Part shown: positions 10,488 through 22,906 of the stretch, one piece after another
How the letters are laid out: each line of letters starts with the position of its first letter
Position numbering within the stretch: position 1 is the stretch's first letter
Source: Calditrichia bacterium
GTDB lineage: Bacteria > Calditrichota > Calditrichia > JAJRVZ01
Reading direction: 5' to 3'
Length of the DNA stretch: 64,000 nucleotides
Assembly: GCA_963796965.1 (NCBI GenBank)
Contig: CAWCNS010000011.1
Location: forward strand, 704,001 to 768,000
The notes under the pieces: model-generated
Told to the model about the DNA's origin: nothing
The model's database searches: none
What the model saw: the letters and a program-made list of their open reading frames with translations, nothing else
Position numbers and translations under genes: made by a program

Positions 10488-11588
10488 TTAATTTAACTTC
10501 TCACCCAAAATATTCACAATCCGTTCAGCAGCTCTGCCATCCCATAATTCCGGAATTGATCCTTCTTTTAATCTACCAGCAAAAATATCGTTAGCTGCTG
10601 CAACTATTTTATCGGGATCTGATCCAAGAAGAATATTTGTACCCACCTCAATTGTTACAGGTCGCTCAGTATTTTCCCGAATCGTCAAACAGGGTATTTT
10701 CAAAAAAGTCGTTTCTTCCTGTATCCCTCCGGAATCAGTCAAAACAAGTCGTGCATTCTGCATCAATTGCATGAAATCAAGATAACCAATTGGATCTGTT
10801 ATTATCAGATTTTCAATGTTATCAGCCTTTGACGAAAGGCCAAACGAATCAATCATCTTTCTTGTTCGCGGATGCATAGGAAAAACAATCTTCGAGTGCC
10901 TACTGATTTCCTCAAAGACATGCATCAGTTTCTCCAGGTTTTCCTTAACATCCACATTACTTGGCCGATGTAATGTCACCAAAGTATAGGGATCACCATT
11001 TATCTCAAGATCGGATAAGATAGGAGATTCTTTGGCTTTTTCCAGAAAATATACGAGCGAATCAATCATTACGTTCCCACAAAAGAACACTTTTTGATCT
11101 GAAATCCCTTCATTTTTAAGATTCTCCATCCCACTTTTTTCCGTTACAAATAGATAATCAGACAATGTGTCCGTAATCATACGGTTAATCTCTTCAGGCA
11201 TACGACGGTCAAAACTTCTTAAACCTGCTTCCACATGGGCTATTTTTATATGCATCTTAGAAGCCACAAGACTGCAGGCAGCAGTAGAATTTACATCACC
11301 GACGACCAATACAAGATCAGGCTTATACTCCTCCAAGACCTCTTCAAAAGCAAGCATTATTTTTGCTGTCTGTTGCGTATGTGTACCTGATCCGATACCC
11401 AGATAGACATCTGGTTCTGGTAAATTGAGATCATCGAAAAATAATTTGGACATTTTCTCATCATAGTGCTGTCCCGTATGCACAAGGATAGGATCAATTG
11501 TGGGAGTATTACGCATCTCTCTGTGAATAGGGGCAATTTTCATAAAATTTGGCCGGGCACCGACGATATTGAGAATCTTCATATTCAA
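10488..11588 (-). CDS. wecB: UDP-N-acetylglucosamine 2-epimerase (non-hydrolysing)
   Basis: GARPNFMK, HTGQHY, GDVNST, HVEAGLRS, EEINR, TDSGGIQEE, TERP. Confidence 0.95.
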   Translation of the reverse strand: MNMKILNIVGARPNFMKIAPIHREMRNTPTIDPILVHTGQHYDEKMSKLFFDDLNLPEPDVYLGIGSGTHTQQTAKIMLAFEEVLEEYKPDLVLVVGDVNSTAACSLVASKMHIKIAHVEAGLRSFDRRMPEEINRMITDTLSDYLFVTEKSGMENLKNEGISDQKVFFCGNVMIDSLVYFLEKAKESPILSDLEINGDPYTLVTLHRPSNVDVKENLEKLMHVFEEISRHSKIVFPMHPRTRKMIDSFGLSSKADNIENLIITDPIGYLDFMQLMQNARLVLTDSGGIQEETTFLKIPCLTIRENTERPVTIEVGTNILLGSDPDKIVAAANDIFAGRLKEGSIPELWDGRAAERIVNILGEKLN

Positions 11589-11714
11589 AACTTCTTTTTA
11601 AGCACAGAGTCCGCAGAGAAATAGAATGAATATCCATGGATTCTGTAAAATATTATGTGTTCAGTTTATCAGGTAAATTTATGTATAATAGAAAGTTAAA
11701 GCAAGATGAATTCA

Positions 11715-11771
11715 GAAGAGTGAAGAGGGAAAAGTAATGCTCTACACTCCGCACTCTACGATCTACCGACT
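11715..11771. repeat. Heptamer arrays (inverted pair) abutting the rnc stop
   Basis: GAAGAGT GAAGAGG GAAAAGT ... TCTACAC TCCGCAC TCTACGA TCTACCG ACT. Confidence 0.65.
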
Positions 11772-12564
11772 AGATCTCCCCATTAACCAACTTCTCCGGT
11801 GCAATCTCTTTTAGCAAATTATGGGCTGCACGCTGCTCAGCCACTTTTTTGCTTCTCCCACTACCCCGGGCGCAAACATTATCACCAAGATGGACATCTA
11901 TTACAAACTTTTTTTCATGATCAGGTCCGCTTTCATTCACTAATTCGTAACAGGGGCCATTTCCCCCCCTGCCCTGAGCGAGTTCTAATAGTATACTTTT
12001 ATAATTGACAAAACTCTCATTTTTTAAGACGAGTTGGTGATCGTTTAACAGAGTGTCTTCGATAAATTCCCGGGCCTTTGTTAATCCCCCATCAAGATAG
12101 ATTGCACCCAAAATTGTTTCATAAAGGTTGGCCAGATTGGAGGGGCGTTTTTTACCACCGGTTTTTTCCTCCCCAAAATTAACCAGGAGGAATTTTCCGA
12201 GCCCCAGATTAGCAACAACCTCAGCAAGAACTTTGCGTGAAACCAAGACTGATTTCATCTTTGATAAGGTTCCCTCCCGGGTCTTGGGCTTTGTACGGTA
12301 CAAAAATTCAGTAACAACCAAATCCAGAACAGCATCCCCTAAAAACTCCATTCGTTCATTGGAATCATAGGATGCCCCGCCAGAGATTGACAAATAAGAA
12401 CTATGGGTAAAAGCTGTGAGGAGAAAGGAGCGGTCTTTAAATTTATATTCAATAATTGATTCGACTGACCGATAATCCAAATTTTTGGATCGGTTCTTTG
12501 AGAAGAGTGATGTGATTTTGCGAAGAATATTCAAGGACATATAAAAGTGGGGATGTAAAAACAT
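11770..12564 (-). CDS. rnc: Ribonuclease III
   Basis: NERMEFLGDAVL signature, YETILGAIYLDGG, C-terminal dsRBD (GPDHEK.F...G.GRSKK.AEQ.AA). Confidence 0.96.
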   Translation of the reverse strand: MFLHPHFYMSLNILRKITSLFSKNRSKNLDYRSVESIIEYKFKDRSFLLTAFTHSSYLSISGGASYDSNERMEFLGDAVLDLVVTEFLYRTKPKTREGTLSKMKSVLVSRKVLAEVVANLGLGKFLLVNFGEEKTGGKKRPSNLANLYETILGAIYLDGGLTKAREFIEDTLLNDHQLVLKNESFVNYKSILLELAQGRGGNGPCYELVNESGPDHEKKFVIDVHLGDNVCARGSGRSKKVAEQRAAHNLLKEIAPEKLVNGEI

Positions 12565-12576
12565 CCCCGATTATCT

Positions 12577-13816
12577 TTACTTGTATTTTTTAAGGCTTAA
12601 GCAAGCATTGTGTCCCCCAAATCCGAACGTATTACTTACGGCCACATTAACCTCTTTCTCAATAGACTTATTCGGTGTATAGTTGAGGTCGCATTCCGGA
12701 TCTGGTGTTTCATAATTGATAGTTGGGGGAATCTTGTTTTCATGAACGACTAAGAGCTGAGACAATTAATTCAACGCCACCAGCTGCACCAAGAATGTGC
12801 CCTGTCATAGATTTAGTCGAACTAATAGCAATATCGTATGCCCGTTCTCCAAAAACCGTTTTAATGGCCTGGGTTTCATTTTTATCATTATAGGGTGTGC
12901 TGGTTCCATGGGCATTAATATAATCAACATCATCGGGCGTCAAACCACCATCTTTAAGACATTGGTTCATGGCCCTCACGGCTCCCTCACCTCCTGGTGC
13001 CGGAGCTGTTAGATGATAGGCATCGGCCGTAAATCCGATTCCAGCCATTTCAGCCCAGATAGTTGCTCCACGTGCCAAGGCATGCTCCAACTCCTCAATC
13101 ACAACGATTCCAGCTCCTTCTCCCATGACAAATCCATCACGATTCAAATCAAAAGGTCTGCTCGCAGTAGATGGGTCATCATTACGTGTGGAAAGGGCCT
13201 TCATGGAATTAAACCCGGCAATACCGATCGGTGTAATGGCCGCTTCAGATCCACCCGCAACCATAACATCAGCATCTCCACGCTGGATAGCCATTACGGC
13301 AGCCCCAACAGAATGCCCCGATGTTGCACAGGCGGAAACTGTTCCATAATTTGGACCCTTTAAATTATATTCCATAGAGATATGTCCGGCTGCAATATCC
13401 GAGATCATCTGTGGAATAAAAAATGGACTAACCCTACGTGGCCCCTGATTAAGAAGTTTTGCCATTTCAGTTTCAAAAGAAAGCATTCCACCTATACCTG
13501 AACCTACAATTACACCAATCCGGTCACGATTTTCATTTTCTAAATCTAATCCTGATTGTGTTAATGCTTCGCGTGCACATACGATGGCGTATTGTGCAAA
13601 TGGATCGAGGCGGCGTGCCTCTTTTTTGTCAAAATAGTTTTCCGGATCAAATCCCTTTACTTCAGCAGCAAACTTTGTCGTATAATCAGTGGTATCAAAA
13701 TGAGTGATCATTCCAAGACCACTTTTCCCCGCTAGGAATCCAGACCAGGAATCTTGTGTATTGAGACCAAGCGCATTGATGGTTCCCATACCCGTAATAA
13801 CTACCCGTCGACGCAT
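12577..13816 (-). CDS. fabF: 3-oxoacyl-ACP synthase II (one frameshift near 12750)
   Basis: [32 protein letters not shown]-terminal PPTIN...[11 protein letters not shown] in a second frame. Confidence 0.95.
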
Positions 13817-13863
13817 AATACGAATATCCCCTTTCTAATTAATAAGAAGAAAAATGGTGAGCG

Positions 13864-14097
13864 TTAACCCAACTTACCACTCAAATATTCAATTGCGTCA
13901 CCAACTGTACGCATTTTTTCTGCATCCTCATCAGGAATTTCGATATCAAATTTTTCCTCAAAAGCCATGACGAGTTCTACTGTATCCAAAGAGTCAGCAC
14001 CAAGATCATCAATAAAAGATGCTTCAGGTTTTACCTGTGCTTCATCAACACCAAGTTGTTCAACAATGATTTCTTTTACCTTATCATCAATAGCCAT
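13864..14097 (-). CDS. acpP: Acyl carrier protein
   Basis: [18 protein letters not shown]. Confidence 0.98.
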   Translation of the reverse strand: MAIDDKVKEIIVEQLGVDEAQVKPEASFIDDLGADSLDTVELVMAFEEKFDIEIPDEDAEKMRTVGDAIEYLSGKLG

Positions 14098-14186
14098 TTT
14101 TAAATCCTCCTACTCTTGTGTATGTTTACTTTTGTATAAATTAACTTTATCTGTATATCATTTATTTTATGTGTTAAATCACAATT

Positions 14187-14221
14187 TATTCGCTACCCGC
14201 CTAGCGCCAAGCGCAAAACGT
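14187..14221. repeat. Heptamer array (nnnnCGC) just after the fabG stop
   Basis: TATTCGC TACCCGC CTAGCGC CAAGCGC AAAACGT. Confidence 0.65.
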
Positions 14222-14223
14222 TC

Positions 14224-14965
14224 CTACATCACCATTCCGCCATCCACATTTATAACCTGACCGGTTATATAACTTGATTGGTCTGAAGAAAGAAAGAGTA
14301 CAACCCGGGCGACATCTTCCGGTTGCCCTAATTTTGCCAATGGAATTAGTTTCAATAAACTCTCTCGTGCTTTTTCAGGAAGTTTTTCGGTCATGGCTGT
14401 TTGTATAAAACCAGGAGCAACGGCATTTACAAGTATATTTCTCGTTGCAAGTTCTTTAGCAACCGACTTTGTTAATCCAATTACACCTGCCTTTGAAGAT
14501 GCATAATTAGCCTGGCCGGCATTGCCCATCTGGCCAACAACGGATGCAATATTTATAATTCGTCCGAATCGTTGCTTCATAAAGAACTTTGTTGCAGCAC
14601 GGATACAGTTAAATGTTCCTTTAAGATTTACAGATATAACACTATCCCACTCGTCTTCTGACATTCGCATTAATAAATTATCACGCGTGATACCCGCATT
14701 ATTGACCAGAATATCAATTTTACCAAACTCTTCTTGTGCTGTTTCGATTAACTTCGTTGCTTGATCAGTTTGACTGACATTGGATTCAACCCAGATGGCT
14801 TTTCTTCCCATCGTTTTAATTTCTTCAACTGTCTCTTTTCCGGCCTCAACATTCAGATCAGAAATAACCAGATTAGCCCCAGCTTCTGCTAATGTAAGTG
14901 CAATTGTTTTTCCAATACCTCTGGCTGAGCCTGTTACCACTGCAAGCCTGATCTAAAAGTTCCAT
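14224..14965 (-). CDS. fabG: 3-oxoacyl-ACP reductase (frameshift within first ~8 codons)
   Basis: TGSARGIG, NNAGITRD, YASSK, VAPGFI.T.MT; ATG at 14965 (MELLDQ) is out of frame with the body by one base. Confidence 0.95.
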
Positions 14966-15032
14966 TCGGTTCTCTCCAAGCAAGATTAAATTAAGTTAAT
15001 TTAAATTCAAAAACATCTAAAATATAACACTC

Positions 15033-15960
15033 TTATCCATTTAATATTGATTCCACCTCAGATACGTTACCCACAGATGAACTACTAAAGTCTCTATTAA
15101 TTCTTTTGTTTAATCCGCAAAGTACTTTTCCCGGACCAATCTCATAAAAATTCCCAATCTGATCGGAAGACATATTGGTAATTATTTCCTCCCATCTGAC
15201 CGGATGGGTTAATTGCTTATAAAGAAGGTCTCTAATTCTATCAGATTCTGTTGATGGAGTTGCTTCAACATTTGTATAAACGGGAATTACCGCCGTTTTT
15301 ATTTCTGCTTTTTTTAGAGCCTCCAAAAATCCACTTGCAGCTCCCTCCATAAGAGGGGAATGAAAGGCACCACTGACTACCAGCTCAATGGCTCTTTTTG
15401 CACCCCGGTCTTTTGCCAAGATCATTGCCGCTCTTACGGCAACCACATCTCCAGATAATAACTATCTGACCTGGTGAATTGTAGTTTGCCGCACAAACTA
15501 TACCTGAACTCTTTAAATTTTCACATATTTCATCAACCACTTCTGCATCAAGACCAATAATTGCACCCATTGTTCCGGGGTTGTCTATTCCGGCCTGCTG
15601 CATTAATTCGCCCCTTATTTTTACTAATTTCAACCCATCTTCAAAACTGAGAGCGCCTGCAGCAACTAAGGCACTGTATTCTCCTAAACTATGCCCCGCC
15701 ACAGCATCCGGCAATTCTGTTCGATCTTTAATAAGCCCAAATACAGCCATACTATGTACGAAGATGGCCGGTTGTGTAATTTCTGTTTGTTTAAGTTTTT
15801 CTTCCGGACCTTCAAAACAGATGGAAGCCAGATCGAGATCCATGATATCATTTGCTTGTGAATAGATATCTTTAACTTGAGAATATTTATCATAAAGATC
15901 TCTGGCCATACCCACAAATTGTGAACCCTGTCCAGGAAACAAATATGCTTTTTTACTCAA
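15033..15960 (-). CDS. fabD: Malonyl-CoA:ACP transacylase (frameshift near 15455)
   Basis: FPGQGSQ, TQPA, GHSLGEY, NYNSPGQ; second frame VSGAFHS, PVRW, EIGPG. Confidence 0.95.
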
Positions 15961-16000
15961 CTCTGATAATCTCCAAATTTACTTTAAACTCATAAATAGC

Positions 16001-16090
16001 AACCACAAATTAACACATTTTTCACAAAATTTTATTATATATTTTCTTTTTGTACCTGAATTTTGTGTTATCTTTACATTCTTTGTGGTT
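16001..16090. repeat. Periodic inverted-arm intergenic element
   Basis: AACCACAAATTAACACATTTTTCACAAAATT ... AATTTTGTGTTATCTTTACATTCTTTGTGGTT. Confidence 0.65.
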
Positions 16091-16112
16091 TAATCCGCTG
16101 ATCATTCTTATC

Positions 16113-17126
16113 CTACCCTCCATTTGAAGGTGGATTAATACCCCAGCGGATAAGTGCACTTCCCCAGGTAAAACCAGCCCCAAAAGTAGCGAGAACGATC
16201 AGATCATTTTTTTCCACTTTACCTTGTTGATAGGCCTCGGACAAAGCCAGAGGAATCGTTGCTGCCGTCGTATTTCCATATTTATTTATATTGATTAAAA
16301 CTTTTTTAGGATCTAATCCCAATCGTTTTGCAGCCGCATCTATAATTCTCAGATTGGCCTGATGAGGAACCATAAGTTTTACATCTTTTCCAGTATAAGA
16401 ATTTCGCACCAGAACCTGTTCCGCGATGTCTGCCATTTTTTGTACAGCAAATTTAAAAACGGTCTTACCATCCTGATAAATATAATGCCAATCATTGGCA
16501 ACTGTTTCCACTGTTGCAGGATACTTTGAACCGCCTGCCTTCATGTGCAGATAGTCAGCCCCAGATCCATCAGAATGGAGTATGAAATCCAGTAACACCA
16601 ATATTTTCATCATCCGTAGGTTCAAGCAATACTGCTCCTGCAGCATCTCCAAACAAAACACAGGTATTACGATCATTATAATTTGTGATCGAAGACATTT
16701 TATCTGTTCCAACCACAACGATTTTTTTATATCTTCCTGCTTCAATGATCTGCGTACCCAGCGATAAAGCATAAATAAATCCAGAACATGCTGCTGAGAT
16801 ATCAAATGAACAGGCATTTTTTGCTCCACCTTATCCTGAACGAGATTTGCTGTACTGGGAAAAAACATATCAGGTGTAACAGTAGCAACAATTATCACAT
16901 CAATATCATTGGCATCAATCCCCCGTTGTTCAATTAATTTCTTGACGGCCCCAGCTCCCATATCTGAAGAGGCTTTGCCATCCTCAAGAATTCTTCTTTC
17001 ACTAATTCCTGTACGGGTACGAATCCATTCATCAGTGGTATCAACCATTTTTTCCAAATCGCTATTCGTTAATACTTTTTCCGGAACCCAATGACTGATC
17101 GCTGATATATATGCTCCTCGTTTCAC
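16113..17126 (-). CDS. fabH: 3-oxoacyl-ACP synthase III (two compensating indels, ~16830 and ~16590)
   Basis: [33 protein letters not shown] in the listed frame. The catalytic DISAACSGF and VLFGDAAGA lie in an alternative frame. Confidence 0.93.
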   Translation of the reverse strand: MKRGAYISAISHWVPEKVLTNSDLEKMVDTTDEWIRTRTGISERRILEDGKASSDMGAGAVKKLIEQRGIDANDIDVIIVATVTPDMFFPSTANLVQDKVEQKMPVHLISQQHVLDLFMLYRWVRRSLKQEDIKKSLWLEQIKCLRSQIIMIVIPVFCLEMLQEQYCLNLRMMKILVLLDFILHSDGSGADYLHMKAGGSKYPATVETVANDWHYIYQDGKTVFKFAVQKMADIAEQVLVRNSYTGKDVKLMVPHQANLRIIDAAAKRLGLDPKKVLININKYGNTTAATIPLALSEAYQQGKVEKNDLIVLATFGAGFTWGSALIRWGINPPSNGG

Positions 17127-18137
17127 GCCTGTATTTCTCCTCTGGTTTTAAAAGTATCAGCAATATGATCATTTACATTTTTTAAACGCATTTTTTCCGC
17201 AACCAATAAGTGCATTTTTAATTGCCTTTGCACTTGAACTGCCGTGGCAAATAATGGAGATTCCATTAACACCCAAAAGCGGAACCCCACCATATTCTTC
17301 ATAATCATAATTTTTTCTTAGTTCCGAAAATGCTGGCTTTACAAGCAATGCACCAAGATTGGTAAACAGGTTTGTGCCGATATTTCTTTTCAGACTTTTT
17401 GACAATACCCCCATAACACTTTCTGCAAACTTTAGAATGATGTTTCCAACAAATCCATCACAAACGACGATATCAACTTTTCCTTTTAAAATATCCCTTC
17501 CCTCAACATTACCCACAAATCCTGGAAGATCATTTCTTCATTAGTTGATACGCAGCTTGTGATAATTCATTCCCTTTTTTTTCTTCTTCACCAATATTGA
17601 GTAATCCGATACTGGGTATCCCAGCACGATAAATATGTTCAACAAATATCCTGCCCATAATTCCAAATTGCAAGAGATTCAGAGGTTTGCATTCACTATT
17701 TGCCCCCACATCTATAAGAAGGGTTACCCCTTTTTCACTTGGTATAAATGATCCGATTGCCGGTCGATGTACCCCATTAATTCTACCTAGGTTTAATAAG
17801 GATGCTGCCATTTGAGCACCCGTATTCCCGGCACTTACAAAAGCATCAACTTCACCTTTTTATGAAGTTTTAGCCCAATCATAATAGAAGAGTCTTTTTT
17901 TTGCTTGAGGGCATCTGTGGGTGATTCATTCATACCTATATTTTGACTGGCATGAACGACAGAGATTCCGGATTCCTTAATGTCTTTAAAACTGCTTAGT
18001 TCCCGGCTAATTTTTTCTTCATCGCCGACAAGAACCAATTTATTTCTTCTTTTGGTCTCTTTTTGATATAAATATGCCCCTTCGACAGTCGCCTGAGGGG
18101 CAAAATCTCCACCCATTGCATCTAAAGCAATTCGCAT
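17123..18137 (-). CDS. plsX: Phosphate acyltransferase PlsX (several frameshifts)
   Basis: IALDAMGGD, RPAI, DVGAN, LLNIGEEEKKG, GNVEGRD, VCDGFVGN, GGVPLLG, HGSS across 4 ORF fragments. Confidence 0.93.
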
Positions 18138-18168
18138 CTATTAATTCTCATCCAGAAATTGGAAAATA

Positions 18169-18360
18169 TCAAGTGGTAACATCAGGGGTATAAATTGCTC
18201 GACCTTTATAATAGCCACAATGTGGGCAAACATGATGCGGAAGTTTCATTTCACTGCAGTTTTCACATGCGGATAGATGATTTCCATGCAATTTTGCTGC
18301 CCAGCTGGCACGTCTTTTATCACGTTTCGATCGGGATATTTTTCGTTTTGGATTTGGCAT
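18169..18360 (-). CDS. rpmF: 50S ribosomal protein L32
   Basis: MPNPKRKISRSKRDKRR, C..C...KLPHHVCPHCGYY. Confidence 0.97.
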   Translation of the reverse strand: MPNPKRKISRSKRDKRRASWAAKLHGNHLSACENCSEMKLPHHVCPHCGYYKGRAIYTPDVTT

Positions 18361-18368
18361 TGCAACTC

Positions 18369-18862
18369 CTATTTCAACAAAGATTTTAATTTTTCAAGTC
18401 GTGGATCGACATTCTCAAGATGACAATCACAATTTTTCAGATTTAGATTTATACCACAATTAGAACACAGACCTTTACAATCATCCTTACACAATTGCTT
18501 TATTTTACGATTTAAAACAATAGATTCCTCAATAGCTTCTGCTAATATTGATTTCCCTGCTATTACCCGGCAAAATAATTATTTCATCACTACCAAGATC
18601 ATCTGCCCCTAGATGGTAAATCTGTTCAATCATCGCATTGACATGTGACAAAAATGGCTCAAGACAGCGATCACAAGGGAATTCAATATCCGCCGAGACT
18701 GAAATTTTAAATCGGTATAGATTTTCTAACTGGTCCACAAAGATCTTCAAACGAATAGGCCCAGAGAAAGATCCCACCTCAGCCAAATCATAATTCTGAG
18801 GAGGAACTTCAAACTCAAACTCATTAATTCCTTCGTAAAGATCTATATATTGCTACATTCAT
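18369..18862 (-). CDS. yceD: DUF177/YceD family protein (frameshifted)
   Basis: CDRCL in ORF 18529-18786; C-terminal LCKDDCKGLCSNCGINLN..NCDC...DPRLEKL read manually in another frame; directly upstream of rpmF. Confidence 0.88.
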
Positions 18863-19010
18863 AACAGTCGAGAAATTTAAGAAATGTCAATTTGAATAGC
18901 AAATTCGGAATGAAATAAAAGTATATTGAATTGACTATATATATTTAGTTAACAATACTAATTAGACTTTAGCCTGTTAAGAGAAAAATATAATATAAGA
19001 TAAAAAGTAC

Positions 19011-20216
19011 TCAAGATAATCCCTGTACAATCTTCATTGTATCTAAAGCAATGACCAATTCTTCATTTGTAGGGATTACATAGACTCCCACGTCGAGAAT
19101 TGTCACTGCTGATCGCTCTTTCCCCCTTTTGATCAGAATTGTTTTTAGCACTATCAAGATCAATACCAAGAAATGATAGATTATCTAAAGAATTTTGACG
19201 GACTAAAGAGGAATTCTCTCCAATACCACCTGTAAAAACAACTGCATCGAGCCCTCCCATTGCTGCAGCATAGCTGCCAATATATTTTTTTATCCTGATA
19301 GCAAAATACTTGGTGGGCCAATCTTGCCCGGCTATTATCTTCATACTCTTCCTCAATTTCACGCATGTCACTGCTGAGCCCGCTCAATCCCTGTATACCA
19401 CTATGTTTATTAAGCATGGTATTGGCTTCATGCATACGTTAATTCTTCTTTATTCATTATATGCAGCACCACAGCCGGATCAATATCCCCACTTCTTGTC
19501 CCCATTAAAAGTCCCTCAAGGGGCGTAAAACCCATTGAGGTATCGATTGACTTACCGTGTTGTATTGCCGCTGCAGAGCAGCCGTTTCCGAGATGACAGG
19601 TAATAACCTTTTGCTCTTCCAAGGGTTTGCCTGAAATTTCTGCCAGACGTTCAGCCACATAAAGATGGGAAGTTCCGTGAAAGCCATAACGACGGATGCC
19701 ATGGCGTTTGTATAACACATGCGGAAGACCATAGATGTAGGCATAATTGGGCATTGTTTGGTGAAAAGCAGTATCAAAAACACTAACTTGTGGTGCATTT
19801 GGCAGGAGTGCCTGCGTTGCCCGAATTCCTTTAAGATTTGGTGGATTATGCAAAGGTGCATAATCCATACAAATGGATATTTCCTTGATCACCTCTGAGT
19901 GAATCAGAACAGAACTGCTAAACGATTCACCTCCATGAACCACCCGATGACCAACTGCTGAAATTTCTTCTTTGTTCTTAATCACACCATGATTTTTACT
20001 TAATAAAATACTTAAGACATATTCTATAGCAACTTTGTGATCCAGAATTTCTCCACTGAGTCTTATTTCCTCTCTGTCATGGGGCTTATGTGTCAACATC
20101 GCCCCAGCCATACCTATCCTCTCGACCACACCCTTTGCCAGGGTTAACTTCTTTTCAGGATCAATCATTTGATATTTTACAGATGAACTACCACTATTTA
20201 ATACTAATATATTCAT
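19011..20216 (-). CDS. ackA: Acetate kinase (several frameshifts in the 3' third)
   Basis: [67 protein letters not shown]. Confidence 0.95.
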
Positions 20217-20263
20217 TCATTTCCTCGTTGCGATAAATATTCTTAAATCTTGTCATGATTTTT

Positions 20264-20397
20264 TCCACGAATTTCACTAATTATTGCGTATTACACGAAT
20301 TCTTTAAAAGTTGTGTATATTTTCTAAACCCAAATAAAGCCCAATACAGAGTTTGGAAAAAGTAGTGAAATTAGTCTTAATTCGTGTAATTCGTGGA
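20264..20397. repeat. Periodic inverted-arm intergenic element (CACGAATT units)
   Basis: TCCACGAATT-TCACTAATT-ATTGCGTATT-ACACGAATT ... AATTAGTCTT-AATTCGTGT-AATTCGTGGA. Confidence 0.8.
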
Positions 20398-20409
20398 CAT
20401 CTTTTATCT

Positions 20410-21342
20410 TTATGAGTTGGGATATTCAAAAAATCCCTTACCGGTTTTAACCCCCAAATGACCAGCACGCACTAATTTTCTCAATAAGGGACAGGGACGA
20501 TATTTTGATTCTCCTAATTCCCGGAAAAGTGTTTCCATCCAGGCCATCAATTCATCCAGACCGATCATATCGGCGAGAGAAAGAGGGCCTTTCGAAAAGT
20601 TATAACCAAGTTTGATAGCTATGTCAATATGCTCCGCTGAGGCAACGCCCTCCATTAAAATATACATTGCCTCATTGATCATCGGCACAATTACTCTGGT
20701 GGTTATGTAACCGGGATATTCATATACCTCAACGGCCGTTTTGTCCAATGTTTCAGAAAATTCATTGATTAACTTGAATGTTTCATCGGAAGTCTTTAAT
20801 CCCCGCACGATCTCGACTAATGGAATTTTTGGGACAGGATTAAGAAAATGCATGCCAATTATTTTCTCGGGACGGTTGGTTACTTCGGCTATTTCAGTAA
20901 TACTTAGAGCTGATGTGTTTGTAACAAAGACCGTCTCATCATCACATATTTCATCAATTTTTTTTAGAAGGTTTTGTTTGGCTACAAGACTCTCGGTGAT
21001 TGCCTCAATTACAATATCCCCGTAAACAGCACTGTCGATTTCTTTTGTAACTGTTGTTCTCGAAAGAATGGCTCTTTTCTCGGATTCTGTCATCGTCCAG
21101 CGATCGATTTCAGCATCCATACTTTCTTCAAGTTTTTGCCTAGCATCTATGACTTTATCATCATTTCTTTCGATAAGAATAACATCAATGCCTTTTGATG
21201 CAATGAGCTGAGAAATGCCTCTTCCCATTATTCCGGCACCGATAACAACCGTCTTTTTTATTGGTTGATCACTATCCTCCATCTCCAGCGTTCCTCTGCT
21301 CAGAATTTCAATATTCATAACTTTTTTATCTTCTGGCATCAA
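20410..21342 (-). CDS. hbd: 3-hydroxybutyryl-CoA / 3-hydroxyacyl-CoA dehydrogenase
   Basis: VIGAGIMGRGI, IEAI.E, TNTSAL, GMHFLNP, GP..LAD.IGLD, G.KTGKGF. Confidence 0.88.
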   Translation of the reverse strand: MMPEDKKVMNIEILSRGTLEMEDSDQPIKKTVVIGAGIMGRGISQLIASKGIDVILIERNDDKVIDARQKLEESMDAEIDRWTMTESEKRAILSRTTVTKEIDSAVYGDIVIEAITESLVAKQNLLKKIDEICDDETVFVTNTSALSITEIAEVTNRPEKIIGMHFLNPVPKIPLVEIVRGLKTSDETFKLINEFSETLDKTAVEVYEYPGYITTRVIVPMINEAMYILMEGVASAEHIDIAIKLGYNFSKGPLSLADMIGLDELMAWMETLFRELGESKYRPCPLLRKLVRAGHLGVKTGKGFFEYPNS

Positions 21343-21444
21343 GAACTCCTCTAATTTTCAAAACATAACACATCGATGTTTTTCTCTTCGTGAATTTTTT
21401 ATTTAATGATTTTATTTTACTCAAATTACTGAAGCACTATTAGT

Positions 21445-21894
21445 TTATTTAATTGGGGGCATTGTATCGAGTATTTCTTTCTTCGAAAAAAAGAATGAAC
21501 TCTCGATCACCGCATTTTCTTTTGAATCAGAGGCATGGATAATATTGTTTTGTTTATTTTCAGCGAATCGTTTTCTAATTGTTCCTTCTTCCGCTTCCGC
21601 AGGGTCTGTATTTCCAATGGTTTTTCTTAGTTCCTCAACAGCATTTTCTTTTTCCAGAATCAATGGAACAACTTCAGATTCGGTCATAAAGTCCAATAAA
21701 TTTGGATAAAACGGTCTCTCTTTATGTACAGCATAAAACTCGCCAGCACTCAAACGATCAAGTTTAACCATTTTCATCGCAACAATTTTAAAACCTGAAT
21801 CAAGAAGATGATCTATTACTTTACCAATTAAATTTCTTTGAACACAATCCGGTTTAAGTATCGCCAATGTCTGTTCTTTCAACAAAACCTCCAT
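21445..21894 (-). CDS. ndk: Nucleoside-diphosphate kinase
   Basis: [29 protein letters not shown]. Confidence 0.96.
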   Translation of the reverse strand: MEVLLKEQTLAILKPDCVQRNLIGKVIDHLLDSGFKIVAMKMVKLDRLSAGEFYAVHKERPFYPNLLDFMTESEVVPLILEKENAVEELRKTIGNTDPAEAEEGTIRKRFAENKQNNIIHASDSKENAVIESSFFFSKKEILDTMPPIK

Positions 21895-21979
21895 GTTTCT
21901 CTATCAACAATTATACTGCTAACATCAGGTTAAAATATAAGAATTATTTATATAAAATTCCCTGAATATATCTCGTATC

Positions 21980-22852
21980 TTAATGCAAAACATCCTCAAT
22001 CGTTTTTCCAATATCCGCCGGACTTTTGCATACATGTATGCCCGCATCGGATAGGGCTTTCATTTTCTCTTCAGCCGTCCCCTTCCCCCCGCTGATAATA
22101 GCGCCGGCATGGCCCATCCGTCTTCCGGGCGGGGCTGTCTGACCGGCAATAAAACTGACCACCGGCTTATTCAGATTACTTTTAATCCAAACTGCCGCTT
22201 CTTCCTCTGCCGTTCCACCTATTTCACCGATCATGACAATGGCGTCTGTGTCAGGATCATCCTTAAACAATTCAAGTGCATCAATAAATCGCGTTCCAAT
22301 AATGGGATCCCCACCGATTCCTATACAGGTGGATTGCCCAATGCCCCGGCTGCTTAATTGCCCAACAGCCTCATAGGTCAAGGTACCGGATCTGGAAATT
22401 ACCCCCACATTCCCTTCCTTGTGGATAAATCCGGGCATGATACCCATCTTGGACTTTCCGGGTGAAATGATCCCGGGACAATTGGGTCCGATAAGATGCA
22501 CACCATTTGACTTAACTATCTGATAAACATTGAGCATATCCAGGGCTGGTATTCCTTCTGTAATACAGGCGATAACATTAATCCCTGCGTGAGTTGCCTC
22601 CAACACAGCATCTGCTGCAAATGGTGGGGGGACAAATATTGTAGAAGCATCAGCACCTGTTTCTCTAACCGCCTCTTCCACTGTATTAAAAATAGGGATT
22701 TTTCCTTCGAAAAATTGCCCACCTTTTCCCGGTGTAACACCAGCCACAACATTTGTTCCATACTCAATCATTTGGGTGGCATGAAATGATCCTTCACTTC
22801 CGGTAATACCTTGTACGAGCACTTTTGTCGTTTTATCAATCAAGACACTCAT
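21980..22852 (-). CDS. sucD: Succinyl-CoA synthetase alpha subunit
   Basis: [35 protein letters not shown]; start MSVLID chosen because of an upstream GAGGGAG RBS. Confidence 0.96.
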   Translation of the reverse strand: MSVLIDKTTKVLVQGITGSEGSFHATQMIEYGTNVVAGVTPGKGGQFFEGKIPIFNTVEEAVRETGADASTIFVPPPFAADAVLEATHAGINVIACITEGIPALDMLNVYQIVKSNGVHLIGPNCPGIISPGKSKMGIMPGFIHKEGNVGVISRSGTLTYEAVGQLSSRGIGQSTCIGIGGDPIIGTRFIDALELFKDDPDTDAIVMIGEIGGTAEEEAAVWIKSNLNKPVVSFIAGQTAPPGRRMGHAGAIISGGKGTAEEKMKALSDAGIHVCKSPADIGKTIEDVLH

Positions 22853-22906
22853 TAGTAACTCCCTCATTTAGGGTAAAATTAATAAGGCAAAAAAATAGTT
22901 TTTCCT

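Noticed and set aside
12577..20216. Pseudogenisation or programmed frameshifting of fab/plsX/ackA genes
   Set aside because: These are essential or core genes with intact motifs and scattered indels lacking a shared slippery motif; sequencing error is more parsimonious.
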